A stretch of 64,000 nucleotides of DNA from Hyphomicrobium sp. (GCA_021732485.1 JAKFUV010000013.1:75-64074); one strand, 5' to 3'. Counted from the first letter of the stretch, positions 50,035 through 62,034 are shown. A program made the numbers and translations. The notes: generated from the sequence alone by a model not told the origin.

Positions 50035-50673
50035 TTATGGCGCGGGCTTGGGCGCCGGCGCTGCGGGCTTTGCGGTCGACCCTGTCGCGGTCGGAGCGCC
50101 CGCCACCGCCGGTGGAGCGGCGGCTTGCTTAGGTGGCGGGCTGGCGGCGACGTAGGTTGAGATTCGTTCTTTGACCTTAACGCGCTGTTCGTCCGTGCAG
50201 GTTTGCGCCGGCGCCTTAGCCTCGTCGACGACGACTTCTTTATCGCCGTCCTTTTCAACCAATTTTATCTTGCCTGTCAGCAACATCACTGTCGTCAGGT
50301 GAAGCTGACTCAAGTAAACCAGCTGCTGCGGCGTCCATTTCGTGCGTGCCTCTTCGCGGCGCATCATCGCCCTATGGTTGTTGCGCTGATCGTCGGCCAG
50401 ATCGCAAACCTGAGCGTGAGCCGATAGACGACCTGCCAGGATCACCTCACGTGCGACCTCGACCGGGACCATAACTTCTTCGCGCTTTTTCTTGTCGACC
50501 AAGATCACGGAGCCATCCGGCTTCGAAAACTGCTGCGGCGTCAACGACCACGCATAGTCCATGAAAGACTTCACCGCTTTTTCACTGAGCTCCTGCGCGT
50601 TCGCCGGCGCCAGCGGCGCCAATCCGAACAGCCCAAGTGCGCCAGCAAACACCAACCCCGCCCGCATATTCAT
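50035..50673 (-). CDS. Secreted hypothetical protein
   Basis: Signal peptide ending ANA; Pro/Ala-rich tail; host-like codon usage. Confidence 0.7.
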   Translation of the reverse strand: MNMRAGLVFAGALGLFGLAPLAPANAQELSEKAVKSFMDYAWSLTPQQFSKPDGSVILVDKKKREEVMVPVEVAREVILAGRLSAHAQVCDLADDQRNNHRAMMRREEARTKWTPQQLVYLSQLHLTTVMLLTGKIKLVEKDGDKEVVVDEAKAPAQTCTDEQRVKVKERISTYVAASPPPKQAAAPPAVAGAPTATGSTAKPAAPAPKPAP

Positions 50674-50827
50674 TCAGATCTCCAAATCCCGCATTTTGTC
50701 GTCGGCGAAAAACCGGGCCAACGCGCCCGCGCCATCATCGCAAGAGCCAGCGTTGCGGCTCGGCCGTTATCATCTCGACAGTCTTTGCCTTTTCGGGTGG
50801 CATGGCTCAGCCCAAAACTTGTCCAGA

Positions 50828-52084
50828 TCAAGGCACCTTGTCCGTGCTTTTGCGACCCGTCCCTTTGCCCTGTGCGAGAGTGGCAACAATGCCACGAAGC
50901 GTCCGAACCTCCTGCTCGGTCGCCGCCATCCGCGACAACATCGTGCGCACATTCTGTTGCACGGTCGCTTTACGATGACCGGGATTAAAAAACCCCAGCC
51001 GTTCGAGTTCGCCTTCCAAATGCTCGAACAGTCCGATCAGTTCCTGCTTTGTCGCAGGACGATCATTGCCGAGATTTACACCTTCGCTCATCGGGCGCTC
51101 GAAGGTCGTCACACGCCCGAGACTGCGACCGGGGTCGTTCTGCATCCACTCGTAGCCAAGCAGCAGCACGGCTTGCGCGAGATTGAGTGAGGCAAAGCGC
51201 GAATTCACCGGGATCATGATTAACGCATCGGCGTTGGCAACCTCGCTGGTTTCGAGACCATTTCGCTCGCGACCGAACAAAAGCCCGCACCGCTCGCCGC
51301 GCGCGATGCGCAGGCGCATTTCGGCGATCGCTTGCTGCGGCGTCATCACCGGCTTGCGGAGATCGCGCTGTCGCGCCGTCGTCGCTGCCACCCAGTTGAG
51401 ATCGGCAATACTGTCTTCGAGTGTCGCGTGCGCGCTCGCATCATCGATGATGTAATTGGCGCCTGAAGCGGCAATCCGTGCTTTCTCATTCGGCCACCCA
51501 TCGCGCGGATTGACAAGGCGCAGATTGTCGAGCCCGAAGTTGGCGCAGGCGCGCGCCACCATGCCGATGTTATCGGCAAGTTGCGGCTCCATCAAAATCA
51601 CTGATGGTGTTTCTCCGTCGGCGGCAACCGCTTCGCCTTGCATGTGAGCGCGCCGCAATCCGTGCCGCAACTTGCGAATAACACGTCGCGCCCAAAACCA
51701 GTAATTCTCGCCGGACCACTGTTTGGTCAGTGTCTCAAGGCACGGCGTCGTCACCGTTTCGGTCCCCGCGCCCGTCAAGCGGACACGGCCGTCGCCGACA
51801 ATCACTTCCTTCTTCGACAGAATGAACTGATCGAGCGTTTCGAGGCCCGCGATTTCGGATTGCCGCTTGCAGCCTGGGCACGATGCTTCATCCGCGACGC
51901 AGAGCAACTTGGCGCAATACTGCAAAACCGGTTCCAGGGTCTCGCGGTTCAGTCCATCAACGCGCAGCGCCGCCAGCCCCTGGTCGATGGTCGCGGCGTG
52001 GCATGCGTGGACCACCGCACCGACAGTTGGTCCGTCGAAGCCGAGACATGGCGCGCCGTTTCGAATGGTGATGTCGATCGCCAT
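50828..52084 (-). CDS. trmJ: TrmJ/LasT SPOUT RNA methyltransferase with ~158-aa N-terminal extension
   Basis: PQLADNIGMVARACANFG, ATTAR-x-R, LFGRERNGL, SLNLAQAV, EVRTLRG; adjacent to icd. Confidence 0.88.
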   Translation of the reverse strand: MAIDITIRNGAPCLGFDGPTVGAVVHACHAATIDQGLAALRVDGLNRETLEPVLQYCAKLLCVADEASCPGCKRQSEIAGLETLDQFILSKKEVIVGDGRVRLTGAGTETVTTPCLETLTKQWSGENYWFWARRVIRKLRHGLRRAHMQGEAVAADGETPSVILMEPQLADNIGMVARACANFGLDNLRLVNPRDGWPNEKARIAASGANYIIDDASAHATLEDSIADLNWVAATTARQRDLRKPVMTPQQAIAEMRLRIARGERCGLLFGRERNGLETSEVANADALIMIPVNSRFASLNLAQAVLLLGYEWMQNDPGRSLGRVTTFERPMSEGVNLGNDRPATKQELIGLFEHLEGELERLGFFNPGHRKATVQQNVRTMLSRMAATEQEVRTLRGIVATLAQGKGTGRKSTDKVP

Positions 52085-52353
52085 GCAGCGCTGCTATCCG
52101 TCCTCGATGCTGATTAACTGGTGCAGGCTGCCGCAATCACACCCGCGACGCCTGCGCGCGTATAGCCGAAGGTCCGCAAACCTCCAACACCGCCTCGATC
52201 CAACGGTCGCTAAGAAACCCCGGGCTGCCCGCATCCACCCTTTTGAACTGATCTTGGCTTCGGTTGAATGTTGGCCTCGGTCGGGTCTTGGCCTCGGCAA
52301 CCTACGGCTCTATGGTGCGTCGCATTATCAGCAGACGTCTAGGGCCCCACCGC

Positions 52354-53574
52354 ATGCAAAAAATCAAGGTCTCCGGAACCGTCGTCGATCTCGACGGCGA
52401 TGAGATGACGCGCATCATCTGGCAGCTCATCAAGGACAAGCTGATCCATCCGTATCTCGACATCGATCTCGAATACTACGACCTCGGTGTCGAAAACCGC
52501 GACGCGACGCGTGATCAGGTGACCATCGACAGCGCCAACGCCATCAAAAAGCACGGCGTCGGCGTCAAGTGCGCGACGATCACGCCCGACGAGGGCCGCG
52601 TCAAAGAATTCAACCTCAAGGAAATGTGGAAATCGCCCAACGGCACGATCCGCAACATCCTCGGCGGCGTGATCTTCCGCGAGCCCATCATCTGCAAGAA
52701 TGTGCCGCGCCTCGTGCCCGGCTGGACTCAGCCGATCATCGTCGGCCGCCACGCCTACGGTGACCAGTACCGCGCCACGGATTTCAAATTCCCCGGCAAA
52801 GGCACGCTGACGATCAAGTTTGTCGGCGATGATGGCCAGGTCATCGAGCGCGAAGTCTTCAAGTCGCCCTCCGCCGGCGTGGCGATGGCCATGTACAATC
52901 TCGACGACAGCATCCGCGAATTCGCCCGCGCATCGTTAGCCTACGGTTTGCTGCGCAATTACCCGGTCTATCTGTCGACCAAAAACACTATCCTCAAAGC
53001 CTACGACGGCCGCTTCAAGGATATTTTCCAAGAGGTCTATGACGCCGAATTCAAGGATGAATACGCCAAGCGCAAGCTCACCTACGAGCACCGCCTGATT
53101 GACGACATGGTGGCCTCCGCCATGAAGTGGTCAGGAGGCTACGTGTGGGCGTGTAAGAATTATGATGGCGACGTGCAGTCAGATACGGTGGCGCAGGGGT
53201 TTGGCTCGCTCGGGCTGATGACCAGCGTGCTCCTCACGCCGGATGGCAATACGATGGAAGCCGAAGCCGCGCACGGCACCGTCACGCGGCACTACCGCGA
53301 GCATCAGAAAGGGAAGGCGACGTCGACCAACGCCATTGCGTCGATCTTTGCCTGGACGCGCGGCCTGTCACATCGCGCCAAGCTCGATGACAACGCGGCG
53401 CTCGCGACGTTTGCTGCGACCCTCGAACGCGTCTGCATCGACACCGTTGAGGCCGGTTCTATGACTAAGGATTTGGCGCTGCTGGTTGGACCGGATCAAA
53501 AATGGCTGTCGACGACCGGGTTCCTCGATCAAGTTGATGCCAATTTGCAGACAGCCATGACACGCCCAGCCTGA
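52354..53574 (+). CDS. icd: NADP-dependent isocitrate dehydrogenase
   Basis: [48 protein letters not shown]. Confidence 0.98.
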   Translation: MQKIKVSGTVVDLDGDEMTRIIWQLIKDKLIHPYLDIDLEYYDLGVENRDATRDQVTIDSANAIKKHGVGVKCATITPDEGRVKEFNLKEMWKSPNGTIRNILGGVIFREPIICKNVPRLVPGWTQPIIVGRHAYGDQYRATDFKFPGKGTLTIKFVGDDGQVIEREVFKSPSAGVAMAMYNLDDSIREFARASLAYGLLRNYPVYLSTKNTILKAYDGRFKDIFQEVYDAEFKDEYAKRKLTYEHRLIDDMVASAMKWSGGYVWACKNYDGDVQSDTVAQGFGSLGLMTSVLLTPDGNTMEAEAAHGTVTRHYREHQKGKATSTNAIASIFAWTRGLSHRAKLDDNAALATFAATLERVCIDTVEAGSMTKDLALLVGPDQKWLSTTGFLDQVDANLQTAMTRPA

Positions 53575-53617
53575 ACCGACCGCGTACGGGCCCGAAGAGC
53601 AGAGCGACATAAGCAAA

Positions 53618-53655
53618 CAAAAAACGCCTGCGCGCCGACGGCACGCAGGCGTTTT
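53618..53655. terminator. Bidirectional terminator
   Basis: AAAACGCCTGCG...CGCAGGCGTTTT. Confidence 0.75.
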
Positions 53656-53671
53656 GTACGTGATGATCAAT

Positions 53672-54160
53672 TCACTTTTTTTCGCCAGCGATTCTCTGGT
53701 TGACCTCGACCTGCATCTTTGCCGTCATGACATTGAAGTCGTTGCGCAGCCGAAGGCACGCGTCTTGCTCGCCATCGCAGACGACGTGCATTTTCACGAC
53801 GAGATTTTCGCCTTCCTTCACAAGCGTTCGGCAAACCGCGGCTGGATGTGCCGGATGGCCGCTGACGGTGAACGTGTACATCTTGGTTGCATTCTTGTCG
53901 TCATCGCCGAAGGCGACGTAATCGACGCTCTTGTAGACCTGTTTCAATTTCGCGTCGGCTGAATAGCGTGTGAGCAGCGCGGCGGCTTTATCGGGCGCGT
54001 CGCCGCAAAATTGCTGCGCGGCGGCGATGGTCGGTCCGGCGGTAGGCGCCGGCGTTGGCTGCGGCGTAACGACGTTGTCAACGGCGACAGCTGCCTGAGA
54101 CAAAATGAAAAGGGACGAAACGGCTGCTGCAAGCCGAACGGTGCGGTGAGCGCGAGACAT
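53672..54160 (-). CDS. Secreted hypothetical protein
   Basis: AGAGGA RBS, signal peptide, FT-x-x-GHPAHPAAVCR...V-x-CDG-x-x-x-AC. Confidence 0.7.
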   Translation of the reverse strand: MSRAHRTVRLAAAVSSLFILSQAAVAVDNVVTPQPTPAPTAGPTIAAAQQFCGDAPDKAAALLTRYSADAKLKQVYKSVDYVAFGDDDKNATKMYTFTVSGHPAHPAAVCRTLVKEGENLVVKMHVVCDGEQDACLRLRNDFNVMTAKMQVEVNQRIAGEKK

Positions 54161-54343
54161 AGGGTGGCATCCTCTAGGAGTGCTTCCGGAAAAGTCAGAA
54201 TCGGTTTGCCGCAACGAAGCACGACAAAACGAAGAACCAGGGTCGGGCCAACATTCCATTAAACGCGGACACACCCAAGGCAGATTTTTCCGCGCTTATA
54301 ACGCCGCGGAGCGCCTGGCTTCATGAAAACTTCGCAAGGTGCG

Positions 54344-57010
54344 TTAACCGGCGAGGCGGGCTTCGATCGCAGCCAGCGCTTCGGGCGCGCGGGCGCCGTC
54401 CGGGCCGCCCGCCTGCGCCATGTCCGGCCGGCCGCCGCCGCCCTTGCCGCCGAGCGCCTCGGCGCCGACTTTAACCAGATCGATCGCGCTCCAGGTTTTG
54501 ACGAGATCATCCGTCACGCCAACGACGAGCCCAGCCTTGCCATCCGGCGCGTTATTGGCGATCGCGACGATCCCTGAACCGATCTTCGATTTGCCCTCAT
54601 CCGCGAGCCCCTTCAAGTCGGTGTTGGCCAACCCGGTCGTCGACTGCAGATAAATTTTCAGTGCACCAATGGTCTTGATTTCAACGCCCCCGCCGCCCGC
54701 AGCCGATCCGCCGAGCGCGATCTGGCGCTTGGCATCCGCCAATTGGCGCTCCAAAACTTTGCGGTCGTCAACCAATGCTTTCAGGCGTTCGAGCAAGTCG
54801 TCCGGACGCGTCTTCAAAATCGCGGCGGCGTCTCGTACGCGCTGGTCCTGCAATGCCAGATAAGCGCGTGCGCCCTCACCCGTCAGGGCCTCCAGTCGGC
54901 GCACACCGGCCGCACTTGCTGCTTCCGCCACCACCTTGATCAAACCGATATCGCCGGTCCGCGACACATGCGTGCCGCCGCACAATTCCACCGACCAGGC
55001 CTTATTGGGGCGCGCCGCATCGGTGCCGCGCCCCATGGAGATGACGCGGACTTCGTCGCCGTATTTCTCACCAAACAGTGCCATCGCGCCGGACTGTCGC
55101 GCCTCGTCCAGCGCCATCAGCCGCGTCACAACTGGAGTGTTTTCGATCAGCACCTGATTGGCCAAGTCTTCGACGGCCACCACTTCGTCGGGGCTCATCG
55201 GCTTGGTATGTGCAAAATCGAAGCGCAGGCGATCGGGTGAGACGAGCGAGCCCTTCTGCGACACATGCGGACCCAGGATCTGGCGCAGCGCTTCATGCAG
55301 CAGATGCGTCGCCGAGTGATTGGCCCGTGTCGCTGACCGGTTGGCGTGATCGACCACAAGTTCGACCGCCTCGCCCGTCGCCAGCGTCCCGCTTTCGACG
55401 CGGCCGACGTGGACGAACACATCGCCGAGTTTCTTTTGCGTTTCGGTGACGCGGAACACGGCGCCACTGCTGCTTTTAATGAGGCCGGTGTCACCGACCT
55501 GACCACCGCTCTCACCGTAAAACGGTGTCTGATTGAGCATAATCGCGCCGTCCTGTCCTGCTGTAAGGCTGGCCACTTCCCTGCCACCCGAAACCAGTGC
55601 CGCAATCACGCCTTCCGCCGTTTCAGTGTCGTAGCCAAGAAAATCGGTAGCGCCGATCTTGTCTTTGATTTCAAACCACACGCTTTCAGTTGCAGCGTCG
55701 CCTGAACCTTTCCAGGCAGCCTTGGCCGCAGCCCTCTGCTTTTTCATCGCCGCCTGGAATGCCAGCGTATCGACTGAAATTCCGCGCGGGCGCAAAGCAT
55801 CTTCGGTCAGATCGAGCGGAAAGCCGTACGTATCATAGAGCTTGAACGCGACGTCGCCCGGGAACACTGCGCCCTGCATTAGCGTGCCCGACTGTTCACC
55901 GAGCAGCTTCAGACCGTTTTCAAGTGTATTGCGGAACTTGGTTTCTTCAAGTTTCAGCGTTTCCGTGATCAACGCCTCCGCCCGGAACAATTCGGGGTAG
56001 GCATCACCCATCTGCCGCGTCAGCGCCGGAACGAGGCGATGCATCAGCGGATCTTTCGCACCAAGCAAATGCGCGTGGCGCATGGCGCGCCGCATGATAC
56101 GGCGAAGCACATACCCGCGCCCCTCGTTCGACGGCAACACGCCGTCGGCGATCAAAAAACTCGTCGCGCGCAAGTGATCGGCGATGACCTTATGACTGGA
56201 ATAGGCGTCACCCTTTGCTGCGACACCGGTGGCGGCGACTGATGCCTGAATGAGTGCCTGAAACAGATCGATCTCATAGTTGTCGTGCTTGCCCTGCATG
56301 ACCGCTGCAATGCGCTCGAGGCCCATGCCGGTGTCGATGGAGGGTTTTGGCAGTGCCACCCGATCGCCGGGCGCACGCTGCTCGAACTGCATGAACACGA
56401 GATTCCAGATTTCGATGAAGCGATCGCCGTCAGCGTCGGGCGATCCCGGCGGACCGCCGGCGATCTTATCGCCGTGATCGAAGAAAATTTCCGAGCACGG
56501 CCCGCACGGACCGGTGTCGCCCATCTGCCAGAAATTGTCCGCCGTCGGAATGCGGACGATTTTCTCGTCGGCAAACCCCGTCAGCTTCTTCCAGATCGCA
56601 AACGCTTCGTCATCGTCGTGGTAGACGGTGACCATCAGCCGTTTTTTATCGAGACCGAATTCGTTCGTCAGCAAGTTCCAGGCGAGCTCGATCGCATGGT
56701 CCTTGAAATAATCGCCAAACGAAAAGTTGCCGAGCATTTCAAAGAACGTGTGATGGCGTGCGGTGTAGCCGACATTATCGAGATCGTTGTGCTTTCCGCC
56801 CGCCCGCACACACTTCTGCGATGAGGCGGCTCGTGCGATGGCCCGTGTCTCTTGACCCGTGAAATTGTTTTTGAACTGCACCATGCCGGCATTGGTGAAC
56901 ATCAACGTCGGATCATTACGCGGCACCAGCGGAGATGATGCCACCACCTCGTGATCGTTACGCTTGAAGAAGTCGAGGAACGACGAACGGATTTCGCTGA
57001 CGCCAGCCAT
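54344..57010 (-). CDS. alaS: Alanine--tRNA ligase
   Basis: [64 protein letters not shown]. Confidence 0.99.
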   Translation of the reverse strand: MAGVSEIRSSFLDFFKRNDHEVVASSPLVPRNDPTLMFTNAGMVQFKNNFTGQETRAIARAASSQKCVRAGGKHNDLDNVGYTARHHTFFEMLGNFSFGDYFKDHAIELAWNLLTNEFGLDKKRLMVTVYHDDDEAFAIWKKLTGFADEKIVRIPTADNFWQMGDTGPCGPCSEIFFDHGDKIAGGPPGSPDADGDRFIEIWNLVFMQFEQRAPGDRVALPKPSIDTGMGLERIAAVMQGKHDNYEIDLFQALIQASVAATGVAAKGDAYSSHKVIADHLRATSFLIADGVLPSNEGRGYVLRRIMRRAMRHAHLLGAKDPLMHRLVPALTRQMGDAYPELFRAEALITETLKLEETKFRNTLENGLKLLGEQSGTLMQGAVFPGDVAFKLYDTYGFPLDLTEDALRPRGISVDTLAFQAAMKKQRAAAKAAWKGSGDAATESVWFEIKDKIGATDFLGYDTETAEGVIAALVSGGREVASLTAGQDGAIMLNQTPFYGESGGQVGDTGLIKSSSGAVFRVTETQKKLGDVFVHVGRVESGTLATGEAVELVVDHANRSATRANHSATHLLHEALRQILGPHVSQKGSLVSPDRLRFDFAHTKPMSPDEVVAVEDLANQVLIENTPVVTRLMALDEARQSGAMALFGEKYGDEVRVISMGRGTDAARPNKAWSVELCGGTHVSRTGDIGLIKVVAEAASAAGVRRLEALTGEGARAYLALQDQRVRDAAAILKTRPDDLLERLKALVDDRKVLERQLADAKRQIALGGSAAGGGGVEIKTIGALKIYLQSTTGLANTDLKGLADEGKSKIGSGIVAIANNAPDGKAGLVVGVTDDLVKTWSAIDLVKVGAEALGGKGGGGRPDMAQAGGPDGARAPEALAAIEARLAG

Positions 57011-57186
57011 GGATGCGTGCTTTCAAAGGTCGGACGGTCTCAAGGCCGCCGTTGTAGCGGCGGCCCCAAGACGTGTCCAGGAAGCGCCACTGCCCCAATG
57101 GCCAAAGCCTTGGCCGCTCCGGGGCCGGCTGACCCTGGTCGTCCAAATCGGCGAGATGCGAGCCGGGCCGCTCCAGCACCGTGTCG

Positions 57187-58329
57187 CTAGCGCTTGATTT
57201 TCACGCCCTTTTTGATGGCCACATCTTCATCGGGCAGAACGCCATCGGCGTCGGGCATCTCGCCGTCGTCTTCACCCGCTTCCGGGCTGACCAGCAGCTT
57301 CTCGACAATCAATCCGGCATTGGCGCGGATGGCGCGTTCGAGTTCAGCGGCGAGCTTGGGGTTTTCCTTCATGAACGTCTTTGAATTCTCGCGCCCCTGG
57401 CCGATGCGCTGACCGTCATACGAGAACCAAGCCCCCGACTTTTCAACCAACCCGGCCTTGACGCCGAGATCAATCAGCTCGCCGGTCTTCGAAATCCCTT
57501 CGCCGTACATGATATCGAATTCGACCTGTTTGAACGGCGGCGCAACTTTGTTTTTGACGACTTTCACTTTCGTCTGGTTGCCGACCACGTCATCCTGAAC
57601 TTTGATCTGGCCAATGCGGCGAATGTCGAGACGCACGGACGCATAGAACTTCAGCGCGTTGCCGCCCGTTGTCGTCTCCGGGTTGCCGAACATGACGCCA
57701 ATCTTCATGCGGATCTGATTGATGAAGATCACCATCGTCCCTGACTTGGAAATCGACGCTGTCAGCTTGCGCAGGGCTTGGCTCATCAAACGCGCTTGCA
57801 GGCCCGGCAAGCTGTCACCCATCTCGCCTTCGAGTTCAGCTTTGGGAGTGAGGGCCGCAACGGAATCGATGACCAGCACATCAACCGCACCCGAACGCAC
57901 CAGGGTGTCGGCAATCTCCAGGGCCTGCTCACCGGTATCTGGCTGCGAGATCAGCAGATCCTCGACCTTAACGCCGAGCTTGCGGGCATACGACGGATCG
58001 AGCGCGTGCTCGGCATCGATGAAGGCGCACGTACCGCCCTTCTTCTGCGCCTCGGCGATAACTTGCAGCGTCAACGTCGTCTTGCCGGACGATTCCGGGC
58101 CATAGATTTCGACCACCCGGCCCTTCGGTAGACCGCCAATGCCGAGCGCGATATCGAGCCCAAGTGAGCCGGTCGAAATGGCCTCGACATCAATCGCCTT
58201 GTCGTTGGCGCCGAGCCGCATGATCGACCCCTTGCCAAAATTCTTGTCGATCTGCGCGAGTGCCTGCTCGAGCGCTTGCTTCTTGTCCATCTTTCCCCCT
58301 TCAAACACCGTCAAATCCGATCGATCCAT
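57187..58329 (-). CDS. recA: Recombinase RecA
   Basis: [39 protein letters not shown]; start may be 58290. Confidence 0.99.
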   Translation of the reverse strand: MDRSDLTVFEGGKMDKKQALEQALAQIDKNFGKGSIMRLGANDKAIDVEAISTGSLGLDIALGIGGLPKGRVVEIYGPESSGKTTLTLQVIAEAQKKGGTCAFIDAEHALDPSYARKLGVKVEDLLISQPDTGEQALEIADTLVRSGAVDVLVIDSVAALTPKAELEGEMGDSLPGLQARLMSQALRKLTASISKSGTMVIFINQIRMKIGVMFGNPETTTGGNALKFYASVRLDIRRIGQIKVQDDVVGNQTKVKVVKNKVAPPFKQVEFDIMYGEGISKTGELIDLGVKAGLVEKSGAWFSYDGQRIGQGRENSKTFMKENPKLAAELERAIRANAGLIVEKLLVSPEAGEDDGEMPDADGVLPDEDVAIKKGVKIKR

Positions 58330-58380
58330 GTCCGTCGCCTCATCCCTATGGCAGTTGACGCCTTTCAGCAATTTGAGGCG

Positions 58381-58409
58381 ATTGTACTACGTTTGTTCTC
58401 GAGGGTCAA
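58381..58409 (-). promoter_or_regulatory. recA sigma70 promoter (TTGACC-N17-TACAAT) with overlapping alphaproteobacterial LexA box GAAC-N7-GTAC (58384-58398)
   Basis: - strand TTGACC ctcgaGAACaaacgtaG TACAAT. Confidence 0.85.
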
Positions 58410-58432
58410 TCTTGTTTTGTTCTTTTCTCTTT

Positions 58433-58540
58433 GCGCCCGGCGACTCTCGTTCCGAGAGCCGGCCGCCGGGCGCGGAGCACTTCATCATGGCGCCCGGCGA
58501 CTCTTCTTCGTCGAGCCGGCCGCCCGGCGCGGAGCTTCAC
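58433..58540. repeat. Two tandem GC-rich palindromic (REP-like) units, 57-nt period
   Basis: GCGCCCGGCGACTCT...GAGCCGGCCGCC(G/C)GGCGCGGAGC at 58433 and 58490. Confidence 0.75.
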
Positions 58541-58557
58541 ACGCCAAATAAAATTCT

Positions 58558-61158
58558 CTACTTCGCCAGCTCTTCCTTCACCTTCGCGGCGAGCTGCGGC
58601 AGCGAGAAAGGCTTTGGCAAGAAAGCGAAGTCTTCGGTGCCGAGCGTCTCGCGGAAGGCTTCGTTGGGATAGCCTGACACGAAGATGAACTTGATCGACG
58701 CGTGATCCTTGCGCAGTTCCTTGAACAGCGTCGGCCCGTCCATTTCCGGCATGACAACGTCCGAAACGACGATATCGACGGCGCCCGGATTGGCGCGCAT
58801 CAGCTCCAGAGCTTCAACGCCGTCAGCGGCCTCTAGCACTTTGTAGCCTTGCCGTTTCAGCGCACGGACGGCGAACTGGCGCACCTCGACTTCGTCTTCG
58901 ACCAGCAGCACACGGCCGGTGCCAGTGAGATCCGCAGCCTTCGCCGGCTTCTTCGGTGCAGCGGTTTTGACGGGCGAAGCGACCTCGCCATCGTCGTCGT
59001 TGTCGAGTTGGTGACGCGGCAGATAGACCTTGAATGTCGTTCCTTTGCCGATTTCGCTTTCCGGCTGAATGAACCCGCCCGTCTGCTTGACGATGCCATA
59101 CACCGACGCGAGACCAAGTCCGGTGCCCTTGCCGATCCCCTTCGTCGTAAAGAAAGGCTCGAAGATTTTCGCCATTACTTCGGTGCTCATGCCGGTGCCG
59201 GTATCGGCCACTTCGATCAGCACATATTCGCCCGCGTGAAAGCCGGCGATATCGACCATCTTCTGGCTTTCGCGTTCCGTCACGTTGCGGGTCGCAATTG
59301 TCAGCTTGCCGCCATTGGGCATGGCATCGCGGGCGTTGACCGACAGGTTGAGGATGACGTTGTAAATCTGGCTATGGTCGGCACGCACGGCCCACAGATC
59401 GCGCTCAGATTTGGTATTGATGACAACCTTTTCGCCAGCCGACGTTTTCAGCGTCGGCAACATTTCGGTGACGAGTTCGCCAAGATCGAGCGTGGCCACC
59501 TGCTGTGTCTGCTTGCGCGAAAATCCGAGCAGGTTCGAGACAAGGCCAGCGGCACGATTGGCCGCCGACTGGATATTGCGGATGTCCTTGTAAGCGGCGT
59601 CGCTAGGGCGATGCGTTTGCAGCAATAAATCCGAAAAACCGATAATCGCCGTCAGCACGTTGTTGAAATCGTGAGCAATGCCGCCTGCAAGTTTGCCGAC
59701 GGCTTCCATCTTCTGGGCCTGCGCGAAACGAGCTTCGAGAGCCTTCTGCTCGGTCGCATCGATGACGTAGAGCGCGGCCGCTTCCTGACCGGCGACGGCC
59801 GCCAGCGGGGCGAGGTAGACGCGGCGCGTGAATTGCTTCTGCTCGCCGGCGGTGATTTCGATCGGTGCGACATTGCCGCGACCCGACAGCACCTGCGCGA
59901 CGCCGGCCTCTATGTGCCGACGTTCATCCGCCTCTGCCGTTCGGCACAGGGCGTCAACGGCGAGCGCGTCACCTCCAGGGCGGCCGTCGAGAACCATGCG
60001 CGTGAAGGCCGTGTTGCAGCTTGAAATCCGTCCTTCGGCATCGAGCGTCGCGATGCCGAAAGGTGCCGACTGGAAAAACGGCGTCGCACGCGCATCCGCC
60101 ATGCGGCCGAAAGAGGCAAAGCCAGTGGCGGTGCGATTGATCGCCGTCAGCGTAAAGCCGCTACCCGCAGGTTCGACATAAAGGGTGAGTGGCACGATGC
60201 GCCCATCATTGCGCGTCAGATCGAGATCGACGGAACGATGCTCGCCGTCGGTATCGAGGGCCAGCATGGCCAGCTGCCGGCTGCCATCTATACCGGCGAT
60301 GTCGGCCAGGCGCGCAGCGCGGCCACGTAACGCACCGTTGGCGTATCCGAGCCAAGATTCAAACGACGCGTTGATATGGGTGATCGAACCGTCGACGGCG
60401 ACCGCGATGAAGCCTGCCGGCATGGTGTCGAATGCGGAAAGTACATTTTCGAGCTTTGCGAGTTTGTCGTTTTCGATCCGCTTGTCGATCGAAATATCGC
60501 TGACCTGCCACTGAACCAGCAAACCCTGATCGGCTTTGTCGGCTGCGTCATTGTCGAGTGATGCGAAGGGGCGCACCGACAGCCGCAGCCACTGCACGCC
60601 ACCCGCTGCGGATTTGACACGAATGATCTCTTGCCGGCGCTCGCCGCGTTCCGCCGATCGAGACAGCCGGTAGAGCGCTTGTGCCGACACGGGGTCGCCT
60701 GCGAAGGTGGCATCGATCGATGCGAGGGGGCCGCCTTCCGCCACTCCGAACATCGTATCGGTCGCGCCATTCCAGTACAGCGGCAAGCCATCGCGCCGGG
60801 CGATGATGACGGCATCGTCGAGACCATCGGCTGCGGCTTTCAGCAAATCGCCTTGTGGAGTGCGCGCCCCGATCCGCACATGACCGGCAGCAATTCCGAA
60901 CAGCAAAAACGCGCCGAGCATCGCCAGGACCGCCATGACGGTCAGCAGCAGCGGTTCGCCCGATCCGCTCGCCAGCAGTGCGAACACGGCAGCGCCCGCC
61001 GTGGCCACGATAAAAATTGTGGAGAGGAACCCGCCGGCTCCGTCTGCTGAAGGCAGCGGATCCAGAGGCGGAGCCTCGATCTTCAACGCCTCGCGATTGC
61101 TCATGGGAGCAGAAACTAGCTGATTCTCAACGGCATGGGCGGTAGCGGTGCTGGACAT
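58558..61158 (-). CDS. cckA: Cell-cycle hybrid histidine kinase CckA
   Basis: 2 TM helices, PAS domains, AGGIAHDFNN H-box, FEPFFTTK...GTGLGL, receiver SDVVMPEMDG; upstream of recA. Confidence 0.9.
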   Translation of the reverse strand: MSSTATAHAVENQLVSAPMSNREALKIEAPPLDPLPSADGAGGFLSTIFIVATAGAAVFALLASGSGEPLLLTVMAVLAMLGAFLLFGIAAGHVRIGARTPQGDLLKAAADGLDDAVIIARRDGLPLYWNGATDTMFGVAEGGPLASIDATFAGDPVSAQALYRLSRSAERGERRQEIIRVKSAAGGVQWLRLSVRPFASLDNDAADKADQGLLVQWQVSDISIDKRIENDKLAKLENVLSAFDTMPAGFIAVAVDGSITHINASFESWLGYANGALRGRAARLADIAGIDGSRQLAMLALDTDGEHRSVDLDLTRNDGRIVPLTLYVEPAGSGFTLTAINRTATGFASFGRMADARATPFFQSAPFGIATLDAEGRISSCNTAFTRMVLDGRPGGDALAVDALCRTAEADERRHIEAGVAQVLSGRGNVAPIEITAGEQKQFTRRVYLAPLAAVAGQEAAALYVIDATEQKALEARFAQAQKMEAVGKLAGGIAHDFNNVLTAIIGFSDLLLQTHRPSDAAYKDIRNIQSAANRAAGLVSNLLGFSRKQTQQVATLDLGELVTEMLPTLKTSAGEKVVINTKSERDLWAVRADHSQIYNVILNLSVNARDAMPNGGKLTIATRNVTERESQKMVDIAGFHAGEYVLIEVADTGTGMSTEVMAKIFEPFFTTKGIGKGTGLGLASVYGIVKQTGGFIQPESEIGKGTTFKVYLPRHQLDNDDDGEVASPVKTAAPKKPAKAADLTGTGRVLLVEDEVEVRQFAVRALKRQGYKVLEAADGVEALELMRANPGAVDIVVSDVVMPEMDGPTLFKELRKDHASIKFIFVSGYPNEAFRETLGTEDFAFLPKPFSLPQLAAKVKEELAK

Positions 61159-61539
61159 CAAGTGGAAACTCATACGCAACTGAAAAAATGTGCCGCATTG
61201 AAGCGGAGTGTCGCTCAGCCTCAACACTTCGATCATTAGAGTTAAAATGCCGTCAATTTGCGTAACGGGAAAAGCGGCGAGTCGCGCGCCATCTCCGACA
61301 TCAGTCGGCGACGACCGCGAATACCCGGTCGCTTTATTTGTTTCGGATTTTTGCAGACCGATGCAGCTATTTTACGTAAGTCGGCGGACATGCAGCGTTC
61401 GAAGCTGGCCCAGCTTGCAGCGCCGATCGAAAAGCCGCATATCCTGCCGACGACGTTTTCGCCGACGCCACAGACGCGAAATTTTGCGCCGCATCGCGTC
61501 CGCGCGTTCCCTTAGCCAGCCAATATCGGGAGTTATGCC

Positions 61540-62034
61540 ATGCCGTGCCGCTCAGTCTCAGCCACAGCCATCGCGTGGCGCACGATCGCCGTCCTAAGCG
61601 CGCTGGTGGGCTTGGTCTCCGTCGCAAGCGCACAGCAAATCAAAGCCGGCACGCTGACCTGCAACAGCAACGGTGGGGTAGGCCTCATCATCGGATCGCA
61701 AGAATTACTCGACTGCTCGTACGAGCCGGCGGGCGGTGGTCCGCACCGGTCTTTCGATGGTAAAATCAGCAAAATTGGTCTCGACATTGGGATCAAAGGG
61801 CCGAGCGTTCTGGTCTGGGCCGTCTTGGGATCAAGCAGCCAACTGCCGGATGAGAATCTCGCCGGTGAATTCGTCGGCGTTGCAGCAGATGCATCGCTGG
61901 GACTTGGCGCCGGTGCCCAGGTTCTCATTGGCGGCAACGCAAAAAGCATCACGTTGCAACCGTTGAGCCTCAAAGGACAAACCGGTCTCAATATCGCGGT
62001 CGGTGTCGCTGGCCTGACGCTGATACCTCGGTAG
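61540..62034 (+). CDS. DUF992 domain protein
   Basis: GTLTC...G-x-IIGS...C, G-x-I-x-KIGLDIG, LAG-x-F-x-G, LQPLS-x-x-GQTGLNIA-x-G. Confidence 0.88.
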   Translation: MPCRSVSATAIAWRTIAVLSALVGLVSVASAQQIKAGTLTCNSNGGVGLIIGSQELLDCSYEPAGGGPHRSFDGKISKIGLDIGIKGPSVLVWAVLGSSSQLPDENLAGEFVGVAADASLGLGAGAQVLIGGNAKSITLQPLSLKGQTGLNIAVGVAGLTLIPR

